NCBI GenBank assembly: GCA_035084275.1
Contig: CM068751.1
Location: 3,100,001-3,164,000 of the forward strand
Length of the DNA: 64,000 nucleotides
Reading direction: 5' to 3'
Source of the DNA: Hydrolagus colliei
Taxonomy: Eukaryota
The position numbers were made by a program, and so were the translations under genes. Numbering within the stretch: position 1 is the stretch's first letter; every line of letters begins with the position of its first letter. Of this stretch, positions 36,826 to 50,274 are shown one piece after another. Below the pieces are notes generated by a model. The model saw only the letters and a program-made list of their open reading frames with translations, did no database searches and was not told the origin of the DNA.

Positions 36826-39800
36826 GTATGTATAGCCACAGACCAAATGTGCATCAACATAGTATGGTTCAACTGATTCAAGTCAGAAGTTTCTTCATTT
36901 TACTTTGGAAGCATGTAGGGTGAGGAAAGGAGGTCATGGAATAATCGGTGAGGGTACCATTAAGTTGGCAGAGTTCCATTGCCATAGTGACACATGGTTG
37001 TAACTCGTGTGATTCTTCTTGCTGTGGTCCACTTCAGGTCTTCTTCAGAAACCAGTATTCCTACAGTCAAGTGAGAGAACGGGTGGGGCCATTTCATCCC
37101 TTGCGCTAGGCTGAGTATATTCCCAGTTGGCCAAAGGTGAAATCCGTGCTACTCACTGTGCCACAGCAAAAACAGAAGAACGCTGATTCCTACCAATGCA
37201 CCAGATAGGAACAGCATTTTCTCAGCATCAAACGACTCTGTACTTTCCTAGCAGATTACCGTGCTTTGAAGAATTTGTCGAAGGGCACACACGAATGTAA
37301 TCCACCCAAGTACTGAAACAGGCTGCAGTTCATGCTGTGACCTTACTTACTGTAAAAATATTTAGATTGAAAGGCAGAGAGAGATTTTTCTTTTTTGGAG
37401 CAGCCCCTCAAATACTCTGGGATCATCTACCCATTTGGAGCCATGTAGTCACCAAGCTCTCCAGCACACGAGCAGACTACATTAATCACCGATATTTACA
37501 CTAGGTCTGCTCCCTCTCAAGCTGGCATTCATCATTTTTTTAAAAAAAATAAGTTTTTGAAATTTGAAGAGAAATTTTCAAAAGAAAAACTCATTATTAT
37601 GGGGTTTGAAGCAAATGAACGAGCAGTGAGGCCATGTGAAGAGGGCATATGTGTTAAAAGTGTCCGTACAATGTACTTATTTGTTACTTGACTTCTTGGG
37701 AAGGGCGGGTGGACGTTGCTAGAGTCCTAAGATCTAATTCAAATTGGCATTTCTGGGAAACAAATCAATTAGAGTAATTAAGTTGTTTAATCCATCAGGA
37801 ATGTTTGCCTCAACTTTGCACAAATGCAAGGAGGCAGCTTTAATACACAGGTTAAAATAATGATTATTGACATGGACCAGAAGGTGGGAAGGTTAGTGAA
37901 AATCTCAAGCGTTGACCAGTATGTACCTCTCTCCAGCTGTAGGCATAAAAGATAAACCTTTCAAGCTGGGCAGGACAAAATCTGGGTCAAAATCACTCAG
38001 CATCCAGAGTTGAGTGATAAATTTTGATGTCCTGCTATTATATACAGAGTAAAATATGAATGCTGATTATAGTTTGGCATTAATCTGAGAAAGACAGTAT
38101 ATGTGTGTATATACGTCCGTGTTGTGGAACTCTTCACAACTTCCATGTTTTCTTTAACTAAAAGGATATTATTGAAAACAGTTTTTCTACCCTTGACAAG
38201 TTTCAGAAGTGATTTCCTGTTCCGTTCTAAGGAAAGGTAGCCATGGTCTTGACAAGCTGTGAACGTTTACCTGTGATTTGCATTCGTAAACTGTACAAGT
38301 TTGGGCTTGTTAAATTCCAGTGTTTTGGAGTCTGGTAGTCTGGGTCTATGTACCCCTCATTATATCCTCCTCTTCCTCCCCCCTCAAAAAGCAGCGTTCC
38401 TGGCTATGGGAAGGAGGGCAAATTATGGACTTGTTGAACAGTGGGTGGTATTCCATACTCTTAAGGATGGTTCGGGGATTCTGTTTATGTTGGGCACAGG
38501 CTGACCAGAAAAACTGGAACACAGAATAATTGGGAAATTGTACCCTAATGTTTCTGGTTGTGTGCTGCAGGTGGCATCATTTTACAGTGAAATGCTTTGA
38601 GATTCACATTGCTAATAATCTTGCTTGCTATACAAAAGTGGTAAAGTAGTTGTATTAATCTGGCAATGAAGCAATGAACTTCACGAGAAAGTGTTTGTTT
38701 AGGAAAAAAATTCCATTTAGAAACTAGGAGAGAGACAGATTGTTAATATTAGGTTGTTAGCATGCGCGGCAACGGACAAGAAGACAGTTTCTTTTGACAG
38801 TTTTCATGCCACGGTATTGCTTAACAAACAATAGAGACATTTTGGTTAGGGCTGCCTTTTTGTGGATATCAATTGCAAGGATCTTTATTGTTAAATTTTC
38901 TCCATTTCGCAACAGCTCGCTCACTCACTCGTTGTCTGCTGGTAACGGGAAATAGATGGATCATGTGAAGCTTTGAACTGCCACATCCTGTAGCATTTTC
39001 TCTAAGAGGATTGTTGGACCTTTAAAAGTATAAAGTGCGATCCTTTAGCAAAGTCACTGGAAGCAACTTTGGCCTGTGCTGTGGGCTGACTTTCAGTTCC
39101 TTGCCACCGAACAGCCCTTGACGGTCTGTTTTTTTAAATTGTAGCGATAATTTTCCATCTTGACACAACTTTGGGATTTCACGCCTCCATAAACATCTCC
39201 AGAGAGCAAGCCATTCTGCCTGAACCTGGAGGCCTCATGAGACTTGACCAGAAACTAATCTTGTAGAGATCCTTAATCAGTGCCAATTTCTGGACAGTTA
39301 TGTGCCGTAAGCCTGTCCGAGCACAGTGGAAAATGGAACCCAAAGAAAGCAGACCTATTTTCTTAATGTCCTTACTGATCGAACAAACTGCAGAGGAAGG
39401 AAATTTCCATTCCATCAGCTTAAGCTGGATTCAAACCAGGTTCCAGAGGTAAAAGTGAATTTGTGGGAAAAAAAGAATCCCTCAAATCCTTTATTACTTC
39501 AGGTTGTGTCTTGGCAGCAATGCAGTTCTCTGGCATTTCCTCATGAGTCAGTAGTAATTCTTTTTGTTCTGAGCTTTTTGCAAACCTGACAGAACCAGTC
39601 GAAATATTTCCACAGTTAAGATTTCTAGACTGTCACCCCATTGACTGGCTGACAAGACATGAACCAATTTGGGCTGGACAAGATTGGAGTCACAACCCAT
39701 GTTAAAAGCAATGACTTCATACCACCCAAGTTGAGCTCATTCGTTATTGATGCTCAGCCACTCAGAAATGTCATCGCTGTGCTCTGAGATCATCTGAATC

Positions 39801-42800
39801 TTCTCACAAACTCAGTCAACACCCAATAAACAGGTTTACTTCAAACATCGGCACTTTGAAGCCAAGCGAAAGTCATGCTAAACCTGCAACAAAACTGCAT
39901 TCCTTTGAATGTATTTCAGTGACTGCCATTGTGAGAGTCCTTGACAAAAGGCTACTGCTTTGTAGTGCCTGATATTTTGATGACTGTGGCAACGTCTCTA
40001 GGATGTAGAGTGTCAGCCACAAAGCTTTTTAACAGGGGATGTTTGCGAGTAAAAAACCCTGGCAAGAGTGAAAGATAAAAGGAAGGAAGCAAGAAGGCTT
40101 GAGATGTGCTTCAACAATAAGTCATATGTGATGCTTCAAGCCACCATTTACCAGGCACGTAATTGATTAAACTTGCTTAAGTCTGTGTGCTTGCGTTGTG
40201 TAATCACGGACGGAAGAAAAGGAACCCTATCCCTCCGAGCTGTCAGGAGCCCATTCTTGTAGTTTGGTCCATTTGGATATTTCAACATTCTTTTGTCCGC
40301 TTCTTATTATTTGTTGACACAGTATTGTGTGTGTGATATATGATACTCATTGACTGGGTTTCCTGCCAGTGAGTGGTCCCAACCCAAGCCGTTTCTGCAT
40401 TCTGTGAGTCAGAAAACTGTGCCTAACAGTCCGAGTTTTCCGAGTGTTGAGACTAAGCACAATGCAGTTATTCATGAAGTCACCCCCGTGCTCCCTGCTT
40501 TTCCTCCACCTCCCCCTTCCCTCCACCCTGTCAGATTTCCATCTCCTGAAGGTGTTTGATTCCTTTTCTATCCACTTGGTACGGTTTCACAGGTGTTAGA
40601 TCCCCTCCAGCACTTTGCCCAAGTGGCCACTATCCATGTGTGACCCTTGACAGTGAGTGTTTAGCAGGCTATTTGATCACTTGGAGCATTGGCAGCCTCA
40701 CAGCAATCCGGTCCACACACGACACCATGCGCCTGAGCTTTCCCAGGGGTGCCTGAAGAGCAATCAAGAACGGGAACCATTTCCATTGTGCCACCCCATC
40801 TGAAACCAGTTAACTCGAGACAGCCTGGCGAGCAAGCCACATCAAGCCTACGCAGCTTGACTGCACAATGGCGAAACACGCTTAGTCGGCAGGGAGTGGT
40901 GAGGGCGGGGGGGGGGGTGGAAGAGAAGCTCTGGTTTTAATTTTCATCATAATGTTCTGTTTTATTTGAAAGTAAGAATGGATTGTCCCAGTTATTTAGC
41001 AATTGTGATGCGCATCTTTAACTCATTTTCAACTAATCTGGAGCCATTTTTTAATTGCTCACTGAGGCAGTTCAAGTGAAATGTTATCAGGTTCGTGTAC
41101 ATCCTCTCACATTCCCGAATCGCTGACACCCGCGGTTTACTCAGAAACCTCAGGCCATGTAAAGAACAATGAATTGCAGACCCTCAGACAGCAAACAAGA
41201 AAATAGTGCAATAGAGGGTGACAGTGTTCCATGAATGAATATTGTGGAAATAACAGAGGCATTCCTGAACCTTTGTAATATTTGGATTTGATTGAGTCTG
41301 TTTCGCTTCTCCCAAGTGTTCAGCTGTGCTATGAGGTAACCCAACTTTGTTCCAATGAGATTGGTGGTGGGGGGTGCACTATATATATATTTTGTTATAA
41401 ACACGTATTATCAAAGTGTGCTAAACTTGCAGGTATTGGAGCTTCAGCTAAGCTCCTGCCTATTTTTAGCAATGGAATGGGAGTGCAGGGAACAAACATA
41501 TAGCAGGTATGTTCTATGTGTGTCAATTATTCTCAGGGATTGTGTTGCATGAATGAAATCTGTGCTTAAGACTAAATGCTAACTATCTAGAGCTCCCATT
41601 GAGTTGGGATCACATTGGATCTCATCTTATTTAAATGTAGCTCCAGTAGCTTTCAGTGTGCAGCACCTCCCTGTTGTGTGTTATGAGCAACCTTGATTAG
41701 TCTGTGGCGAATGATGCAATCACAGATGACTGCACTGTGCATACCTCTCATGCAAATATGGAAATATCAAACCGTTTCTAGGATTGGGACTTGACAACAA
41801 GATACGATACAGATACAGTTAGACCTCTGATTGTGACGTTTGTTTTTAACATTTCCCTGTCTTTAGTTGTTGGCCTCCTAACCATCCCACACTGTGGGAT
41901 ATTTCACACTCCCTGGATTTAACAGACAAAATCTGGTCTGACCTTCAAGGCTACAGTAGATGACACACACCTAGGCTCTGCCATCGCTTCCAACAAAATT
42001 ACTGACATTCAAACAAAAACCTTTATATGTGTGTATGCTATTAATCAACAGCATAGCAACAAACTGAATTCAAACTGACAATTATAGATATGGCTTCTCA
42101 TGGGCTATATAAAAAAGAATGGAACAATAAAAGGCGGATTGGACCATAAAACCTGCTCCTCCTACAGACCAAACAAAAACTGTTCAATTATGGGTCCCAC
42201 CCAACTGCCTCTTATCTCCTGGACCAGGTTCTGACTAGACTGGCTAGATACTCCTTGATTTACAGAACTTATCGATCAAATATTTAAACCAACGGCACTA
42301 TCGAAATATAGGTTCTTTACTTCACATACACCTTTCCCTCCGCCCTGCACCACAAGCAAACACCATTGAATCCCTTGAGAATGAACATGAGCCAGGTCTG
42401 ACTGTGTCTAATGAACGACACAACATCAAGTGCAGTCATCGTGATGTGTATTGCTTGGGGATGACAAGCAGTTTCAAAGATTAGGTTTCAGCCACAGTGC
42501 AGAGGTTGCTGTAACACGACATCAGCAACATTCACATGTCAACAGCAAGCTGGTGCCAATGGCAGTCTCTTTCCAATAAGAAACAGACTGGGGGGAGATG
42601 GGTGGGGGGCACTGGGAATAGTTCAGCTGGAACATAGAGGACAGGTTTTGGGGACTAATGTGACGGAAGGGTCATAGATGTTTACCATGTGTCTTCACAG
42701 TTTATGCATCAGTATCTCTCACATGCCTGGATGAATGAATTGAATAAATAGAACAAGTACATTACAGGCAATATTAAGCAATAAGTCACAACGGGTTTAA

Positions 42801-43326
42801 ATCTCTTCCGGCTGCTGACCCTGACTTCATTTTCTTTTTGAAAGACAATTTTACTTTTACTATCTCTCTTGAGAAAGAGACCAACCCTCTCGTCTTCTTG
42901 TTCTGCTTTCCTGTAGGATGGCCTCTAGCTGTTGTTCAGTGTCTTCCCACTGTGGCATTGGTTGTTGAGTTTGCTACCTGGGTCCAAGACAGGACAAACT
43001 GAGTAGAAAAGCAATATGGCATCTCACTGCATTTTCAACCTTGTTTTGGCATTTTTCAGACATTAGAGAGAGTGGGGGGCAGGGGGAGATAATTATATAA
43101 AATTAAACAATTAAACTATCTCATTGGAGTGGAATGGTTTTGAGTACAGTATTGGATCATTTTGATCTCTATGATTCTATAAAATCCAAGGAACAGATGA
43201 GGGCTCGACAGTATTAACATTCTGTTGGCATTGCGGTGCCTTAGACAGAAGGCGGGAATGTCATGTCACAAGAACTCATGGCAAACTTTCTCTACCATAA
43301 GTGAGCAGCCAATATAATACAGTGAA

Positions 43327-43703
43327 CAGGTACCCCATCCCAACCGCGGCCTCGTCAACCGCTAAACTCACTTACCCATGGTTTGCTAAATGCGACAACC
43401 TTTGCTAACCACGCAATGGTTCCTGCTTAACCTTTGCTTATCCACAGTTTTAACACTAACACTAGCGTCTGGCGCTAGGACCCAGTTGCGATGTCGCAAT
43501 CAACCAGCGAGATGTCGCTTCTCTTTTAGGATTGAGGTAAATTTCAGTTGATTTCTCTTTCTCTCTCTCTCCGCGTCTGCAGGTCCTGGCAGCCAATGCT
43601 CCCAAACTTACTCCCCCTATCCCCATGTTTCCCATAGGGCCCTGTATTTACCAACCACTGAGGTTTTCAGGAACGTATCCCCACGGTTGGGGAGGGCTAC
43701 CTG
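43327..43703. mobile_element. Tigger-like MITE, 377 bp
   Basis: CAGGTACCCCATCCCAACCGCGG ... CCACGGTTGGGGAGGGCTACCTG are imperfect 23-bp TIRs. The subterminal TTTTCAGGAACG is shared with the 44439 Tigger. TA sites have decayed (AA/TG). Confidence 0.8.
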
Positions 43704-44438
43704 TGTATATATAATCATCAAATGCAGATTCTAGCTTCAGCCTGCACCCAACATGACACCACTCTGGAGAAATCCCACCTATTTATGTAACATTATAGCA
43801 TTAAAAAATTGGCATTTTTAAAAAGTAATTTTGAAGCAAGTTTTTTGTTACATTTCTTTTAATCATTATGCAAAACTCACATCAAAGTTAAGGCTGAACT
43901 CAACAATTTGCCAAATTCTGGACAGTATAAAATGTTACATAAATCAAATAAATCTAGACCCAAGTAAGGTTTACACCAAGCATTTTTAGTGGCCTTTTAA
44001 TGGACTGACAAAAATCAGAATGTTTGTTCTGAAGTGTGCCAATAGAAACCGTTTGGTGCACTTCGATGTTTGTTCTGGAGTAGAATCTTAACTAGATTGA
44101 CTATGACCCAAGACTGTATAATGTAAATCAACCAGGTCCACACAGACAACACTGTCAATGTTTGCCTGCATTTGCGTAAAACTGTCTCCAGGGACAAAGG
44201 AGTGACTGGCAGCCTGAATCCACACATATGCGTGAAGGCACTTATAAGAGATCTCTCCGGTACCATATCCTTCTTAGCTTTTCCATCAAACTTATTTTTA
44301 TTTTCACAATTGAAATATTTCTCCATTTCCCTCAACACAATTCCCTTTCCACATCCATAGTGTAAACACTCTATATGAATTTGGGTAGTTGCTGCAAGTG
44401 AAGTCTTTAAAAAGCTCACAGTGTTCTTTTTAAATGTA

Positions 44439-45552
44439 CAGATATGCCTCAATTTACGACGCTTCTATTTAGAACATTTCGATTGAAGGACCATCATTTT
44501 TTAACACCTTTTGATCGATATACGACACTTGGATTCGTTTTAAGGACCCAAAATTTTTGGCGCATGCGCAGTATATATTTTGAATATCGCGGTTGCATTT
44601 CGCGCATCATTTTTGACCATGGTTGCAGGAAAATCCAAGCATTTGAACTGGCCAATAGCATGTCACCACGTCATTGTTTAAAAGCCGGCTGATTTTGAAG
44701 CGACACCACGTCAGTATTACAGTAATTTACGAACACTCCTGAGCAACTTCCAGCAATTTAGGGCCTCTACAGCGATTGTAGCAAGTCGGGAAGAGACAGC
44801 AGTGAGTGAAATGAGCAGCGGTAATACCGCTAGAGGCCAGAAACCCCACAAAGTCATCACTTTAAATACCAAATTGAAGGTGATAAAGCGCATTAATTCT
44901 TGTGAAAAAGGTATGGATGTCGGGGGGCCTTCAGGGCTAGCTAGATCGACAGTGGCTACTATAAAACAGAATAAGGACAATATACTGGCAAGTTCAAGGT
45001 GTGTTACAGCTACAAGTGCAAGCAGATTAGCAAAACATAGGAATGATGTGATGGAAAGCATGGAAAGAATGCTGAGTGTCTGGATTGAGGATCAGAACCA
45101 GTGTAATATACCACTCAACACCTTGGTTATCCAAGAGAAAGCAAAATCATTGTTCAGGGAGTTGAATGATCAGGAAAGAGACGGCTCAATGCTACCATCT
45201 TTCAGTGCTAGCAGAGGGTGGTTTCAAAGATTTAAAAGACGCTTATGGGCTCCACAACATCAAGATGAGTGGGGAAGCTGCAAGTGCCACTACCATTGTC
45301 TCACTGCCAGTATTAAAGTATGCCAGTAGTGTACTGTATTAAAGTTTGCCAGTATTAAAGTACAATACTGTACAGTTACCCAAAGTACCCCTTCTTGCCT
45401 ATGTGTGTTAATTTGTGTTATGTTGTGTGGTTTTGTGTGTTATTTAGTGGGTTTAAGGTCTGCAAATTTTGTGAAAAGAACGCAAATAGGCCATTTCGAT
45501 ATACATACAGTTTTTCAGGAACGCAACCCTATCGTAAATAGAGGTTTACCTG
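44439..45552 (+). mobile_element. Internally deleted pogo/Tigger DNA transposon retaining the CENP-B-type HTH coding region (~44811..45245)
   Basis: TA|CAGATATGCCTCAATTTACGA ... TCGTAAATAGAGGTTTACCTG|TA. Protein KVITLNTKLKVIKR...GLARSTVATIKQNK...MERMLSVWIEDQNQ...IQEKAKSLF...FSASRGWFQRFKRR, then frameshifted YGLHNIKMSGEAASA. No DDE domain. Confidence 0.93.
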
Positions 45553-46281
45553 TATTCCTGGTGAAGAACCTCTCCTTGAATACAGTGTATAGTTCTGTAT
45601 GAGAATTTCCAATAACAAAGGCCAGGACGATAAATCTTTAGGAGTTGCTTTTTAGACCAGGGCATTGTTGTATAAGGACAAATCCGCAGCCCCATTTGCT
45701 CTGTGTAAACCTTTGGGTGAGTTTGATCAGCCTGTGGTTTTTACTGGGAGTGGCATTGTTAACATGAGCAATCATATTATTCACATTAAGTATGTAATGA
45801 AAAGCATACTAATGTTAGTGATCAACATCTTATTTATGACCCAGCTGAGTGTTACTCTATATATCTGCAAAGACGTTTTCTGGTCTCTAGAGAGACACAC
45901 TTCAGTGGGGAACCAGGATAAATGCTCTTTCTGATTTTGAAACCAATTATTCAGGGGTGCACATAGTGCTAAGACATTTATGTGGATTTGCCCAATAACA
46001 TTGTTTCCATTTGCAGGAAAATCTTGAGGTCTGTGCATCATCTTGCTGCTATTATGCATTTGGTAAGAGTTGGCAAACAAAGGAAGGAAAACGTTTGGCC
46101 AATACTCTTATGAAGACAATAAGTCCACATCTACCCCATTCTAAGCACAATTGGCTTTTAAATTGGCAAAGTTTCATGTGGATGCTCCAGCATAGAAACA
46201 GATTTAGAAAAATCAACATTTACATTCTAACATTTACAGTCTAAATTCATTCCTACAGTACAAGTCGATGAATAAGTATCG

Positions 46282-46692
46282 ACAACAACAAAATTACATT
46301 TATAGAGCGCCCTTCACGTCAGGAGGACGTCCCAAAGCGCTGAACAGTTAGGTCGGAACCCGAGCAGCGGGTGAAGGGGAAGGGGAAGGGGAAGGAGAGT
46401 AGGAAAGGGGGAAGAGTTAGGGGTCGAAGAGGAAGGTCTTGAGACCGGCCTTGAAGGAGGAAAGAGAGGAAGTGAGGCGAAGGGATTGCGGGGTGGAGTT
46501 CCGCAGTGTGAAAGCGGAGAGGCTAAAAGCCCGGCCACTGATGGTGGGGCGGTTAGGGCGGTGGACGTGGAGCAGGTCAGAGCTTGCTGAGCGGAGGGGA
46601 CGGGCAGGCTGATAGGGAGACAACAGGTCAGAGAGATAGGCGGGGGCCAGGCCGTGAGTTGCCTTGAGGGTGAGGACAAGGATCTTCAATTC
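46282..46692 (-). mobile_element. L2 LINE 3' fragment
   Basis: KILVLTLKATHGLAPAYLSDLLSPYQPARPLRS...[11 protein letters not shown], followed by the conserved tail and (TTG)n. Confidence 0.92.
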
Positions 46693-47494
46693 AACGGAAC
46701 TATCATGCTAAACCATTAATATACTGGCATTTTCAGAGTGTGTGTGCTGGAGATATACTCTGCTGCATGGCTCTCATCTTTACCCAAAGCCTTTACCCCT
46801 CAGGGATTAATATTGTGCAAGACAACATTAGGTGGTACTAAATTTTGCCAGTGGTGAAACAGCAGTTGTCTCACCTTTAAAACTCAAGTGGGAGAAAGAC
46901 ATTTGCAAGCCACTATTTATCAAGGAACAAATAAGGGTTATCCAGTTTAGCTGATGTCTAAGCGTGAAGTGAAGTTCAAAGGAAAACCAAGGAGTGGTTA
47001 TTACTGTAACAATTTAGAGGTGGATTTCAATACCGGGAACATATTGGGATTGTGCCACAATCTGCACATACAATCTCTACCCTGTCAGAAATTGGAAAGG
47101 CGACTGCTGGCCAGAAAAATTTGGAGAAAATAAAATGATTTAGGAAACATGCATTTTTCCTAAATACACTATGCCTTTCAAATCTTATTTTAGAAATAAT
47201 TTTGTTTAAAAAAAGATAGACATAAAGTCAGTTATTTTCTATTTGGCAAAAGCCTGGCTTCCTCATGAGATCTTCTTCATAAAATATGAAATATGCCGTG
47301 GAATATGCAGTTGTCTTGAGCGGGTGCTAATGTATGCACCATTCCCCTGATCAGTGAGATTCCAGCCTACACCCGTCAATTTCACACTGGATTACAATCT
47401 TAATAACCTGGTAATTGGTCTAAATCTGACCATTGATAGCAATTCCAGCTGTGCACTGAGCAGAGACCAGCACAAAGTAATCAGAAGAGAAGAT

Positions 47495-48717
47495 AACAAC
47501 AACAACAACAACTTAAACTTATAAAGCGCCTTTCACGTCGGGAGGACGTCCCAAGGCGCTGCACAGGAGGCGTGTGACCCGAGCTGGGAGGGGAGTGTTC
47601 GGGAAGCGGTGAAACACGTAGGGGAGGTCGAAAAGTTCGAGGGGGAACAAAAGGCACGGTCGAAAAGGAAAGTCTTCAAACCGGCCTTGAAAGAGGAAAG
47701 GGAGGAAACAAGGCGGAGGGATTGGGAGATGGTATTCCATAGGGTGGGAGCAGAAAAACTGAAGGCCTGGCCTCCGATGGTGGGGCGGTTCGGGCGGGGG
47801 GCTTGGAGCAGGCCAAGTCCTGCTGAACGGAGGGTCCGGGTGGGCTTGTAGGGGGTTAAGTCAGTTAAATAGGGCGGGGCAAGGCCGTGTAAGGCCTTGA
47901 AGGTGAGGACGAGGATCTTGAACTCGATCCTCTGGAGGATGGGGAGCCAGTGGAGACGGGCGAGGGTGGGGGTTATGTGGTCGCGGAGGCGGGTGCGGGA
48001 TAGTACACGGGCTGCAGAGTTTTGGATGACCTGCAGCCTGTGAATGGAGGAACTGGGGAGGCCGACGAGGAGAGAGTTTCCGTAGTCCAGCCGTGAGGTG
48101 ATGTACGCGTGCACGAGTGTTTCGGCAGCGCGGGGGGTAAAATAGTTGCGGAGCCTGGCAATGTTGCGCAGGTGGAAATTAGCGGTGCCGGTCAAGGCAC
48201 GGATGTGGGGGAGGAAGGAGAGATTGGGTTCGAACGTGATGCCGAGGTTCCTGATTGGCTTTGTGAGGTGGAGAGTACAGCCTTGGATGTTGAGGCTGGC
48301 AGCGCCCGATGTGCGGAGGCGCTGGCTTGAGCCGATCAGGAGGGCCTCGGTCTTGCTCACGTTCAATTGGAGGAAGTTGTCCCTCGTCCAGGACTCGATG
48401 TCGGACAGACATGCTGTCAGAACATCGATGGTCTGGGGGTTGAGGGATGAGGCTGAGAGGTACAATTGGGTGTCGTCCGCATACATGTGGAAATTTACCC
48501 CATGTTTGTGGATGACATCGCCCAGAGGGAGCGTATAAATGGTGAAAAGGATGGGGCCGAGGACAGAGCCCTGAGGGACGCCATGAAAAACTGTGCGAGG
48601 GTTTGAGGAGAAACCATTGGAAGATACAAAATGTAGGCGGTGGGTCAGGTAGGAATGGAACCAGTCAAGGACTGTGCCTTGAAGGTTGAGGTGGGAGGAA
48701 AGACGTTGGAGGAGGAT
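47495..48717 (-). mobile_element. 5'-truncated L2-clade LINE with an open reverse transcriptase frame (ORF 47533..48747)
   Basis: ORF contains [45 protein letters not shown]...FKIL and [10 protein letters not shown], typical of L2/CR1-group RT. The 3' tail GGGACGTCCTCCCGACGTGAAAGGCGCT is followed by (TTG)n. Homology starts at ILLQRL, so the first codons of the listed ORF are flanking DNA. Confidence 0.95.
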
Positions 48718-50149
48718 TCTCTTTTGCAGTACATTGATGTTGTGCATGGGGCAAAATGGGGATCTGCTTCCATTCCTTTCTCAGTTAAGATTGAGCTGGT
48801 TATATAATTCCACTTCTTTAAACTTCTGAATCGTCAGTAGCATCAGGAATGACCTCTGTATAATTGTGCCCAGGACACTAATGTATAGCTATGTGTTAAC
48901 CTATTGTATTTTTTTTGAAACTGTAATAAGCCGTGGAATCATGGCAATCCATTTATTGCATTGAAGCCCAGTTTTCTTTTCAATGTGACAAGGAACATTG
49001 TGAGCCTTGAGACGAACAGAATTGCAGTGTAACTTCGGTCACGTAACTGCCCTTATTCTTGGAAAAGGTTTTCCAATCACAGTGTCATGGCACTTTCCCT
49101 TTATATTTCATTCGAATTGTGCGTCGTTGCTTCACTTTACATTAACTAGTAGGCAAGGAACAAACTGCACCAAGCAGGGTAAATCATTCATCATATAACT
49201 TCTTAAATGAATAGAATTCATCTTACAAAGCAGTCCGAGGACCTACAAATGTAACAGCAAGCGATACATGAGAAATTGGCCATTTTGCGATGTGATCTAG
49301 CAAAATGGGAGGCTTTATTATGAGTATTGCAAAACTGGAACCTACAGTAGAGTGGTGCATTTCAGCTGATTCCTACAATAACCATTTCTCCAATGGTTAA
49401 TAACCATTAACCAAAATTCGCTTGAAAACCTGCCATGAAATCTGTGGTGGGATTTCTAATGGGAGCATCATTGGAAGGTTGGGATATAGAACCATTTATC
49501 AACTTGTCTCATTTAAAAAGAAGAAAACTGTTCAATGTGGAATGAAACAAAGTGCATGATCAGAAAGTATATTGGCTGTGACTGTCGTATCCTCATATAG
49601 AGGCAGGTGTACACCGGCGCCCCCTCTTTATTTATTTTACAAATTAATAACTTTTGTTTGTAGTCTCAGTGCAAGGTAGTTTGCCAAATAGTGGGACACA
49701 ATTAAATGTGAATGCACTAACTTAATGCACAAAGCATTCAACTGACTTTAATGGGAGCCAGTTCCAAATGTTTCCTGAAAAGCTATTTAGACTTTGCTGA
49801 ACTGTATTTCCCAGCGGATCCAACTCCTCTGTCGAGGTAGAAATTAGAGCCTGAATCAATAGCTCATATTTGTGTGAATTGAACTACAGGCTCAAGAGAT
49901 TAATTTCTCTTACTACTCTCACCCCTCCCCATCACACACTCCTGATGTATTTTGATATCATTTGATTTTTCACTGAGCCATTAACTTGAAACGCTTTTGC
50001 CACCTCTTTGCAAGTTGAATTTATGGGAGACTCGAGGATTCCTGGTCATTTTTAATCGAATGCCTACACACAAGTGCAGCAGGCTTGGAGCGTAGATGTG
50101 TAGATTCGCCAGGTGAGAGACTTATTCTGTCCACTTCTGTTTCCCGCAG

Positions 50150-50274
50150 CTCCCTCCACTGTTCCCATTATGCATCAGGTGAGCTCCACGATGCACAGCA
50201 TCACTCTGTCGTGGCCGCAACCAGAGCAACCAAATGGGATCATCCTGGATTATGAGATTCGATACTACGAAAAG
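50150..50274 (+). CDS. EPHB1: EPHB1 coding exon 6 (second FN3 domain, N-terminal half), 125 nt
   Basis: Acceptor ttcccgcag|CT, donor AAG|gtaggc. Translates (A)[41 protein letters not shown]. Confidence 0.97.

Noticed and set aside
47533-48747. Standalone reverse transcriptase gene (retron, DGR or group II intron-like system)
   Set aside because: The motifs and (TTG)n tail identify a 5'-truncated L2 LINE. The N-terminal RT motifs and endonuclease are absent, the ATG comes from flanking DNA, and homologous decayed copies occur elsewhere in the window.
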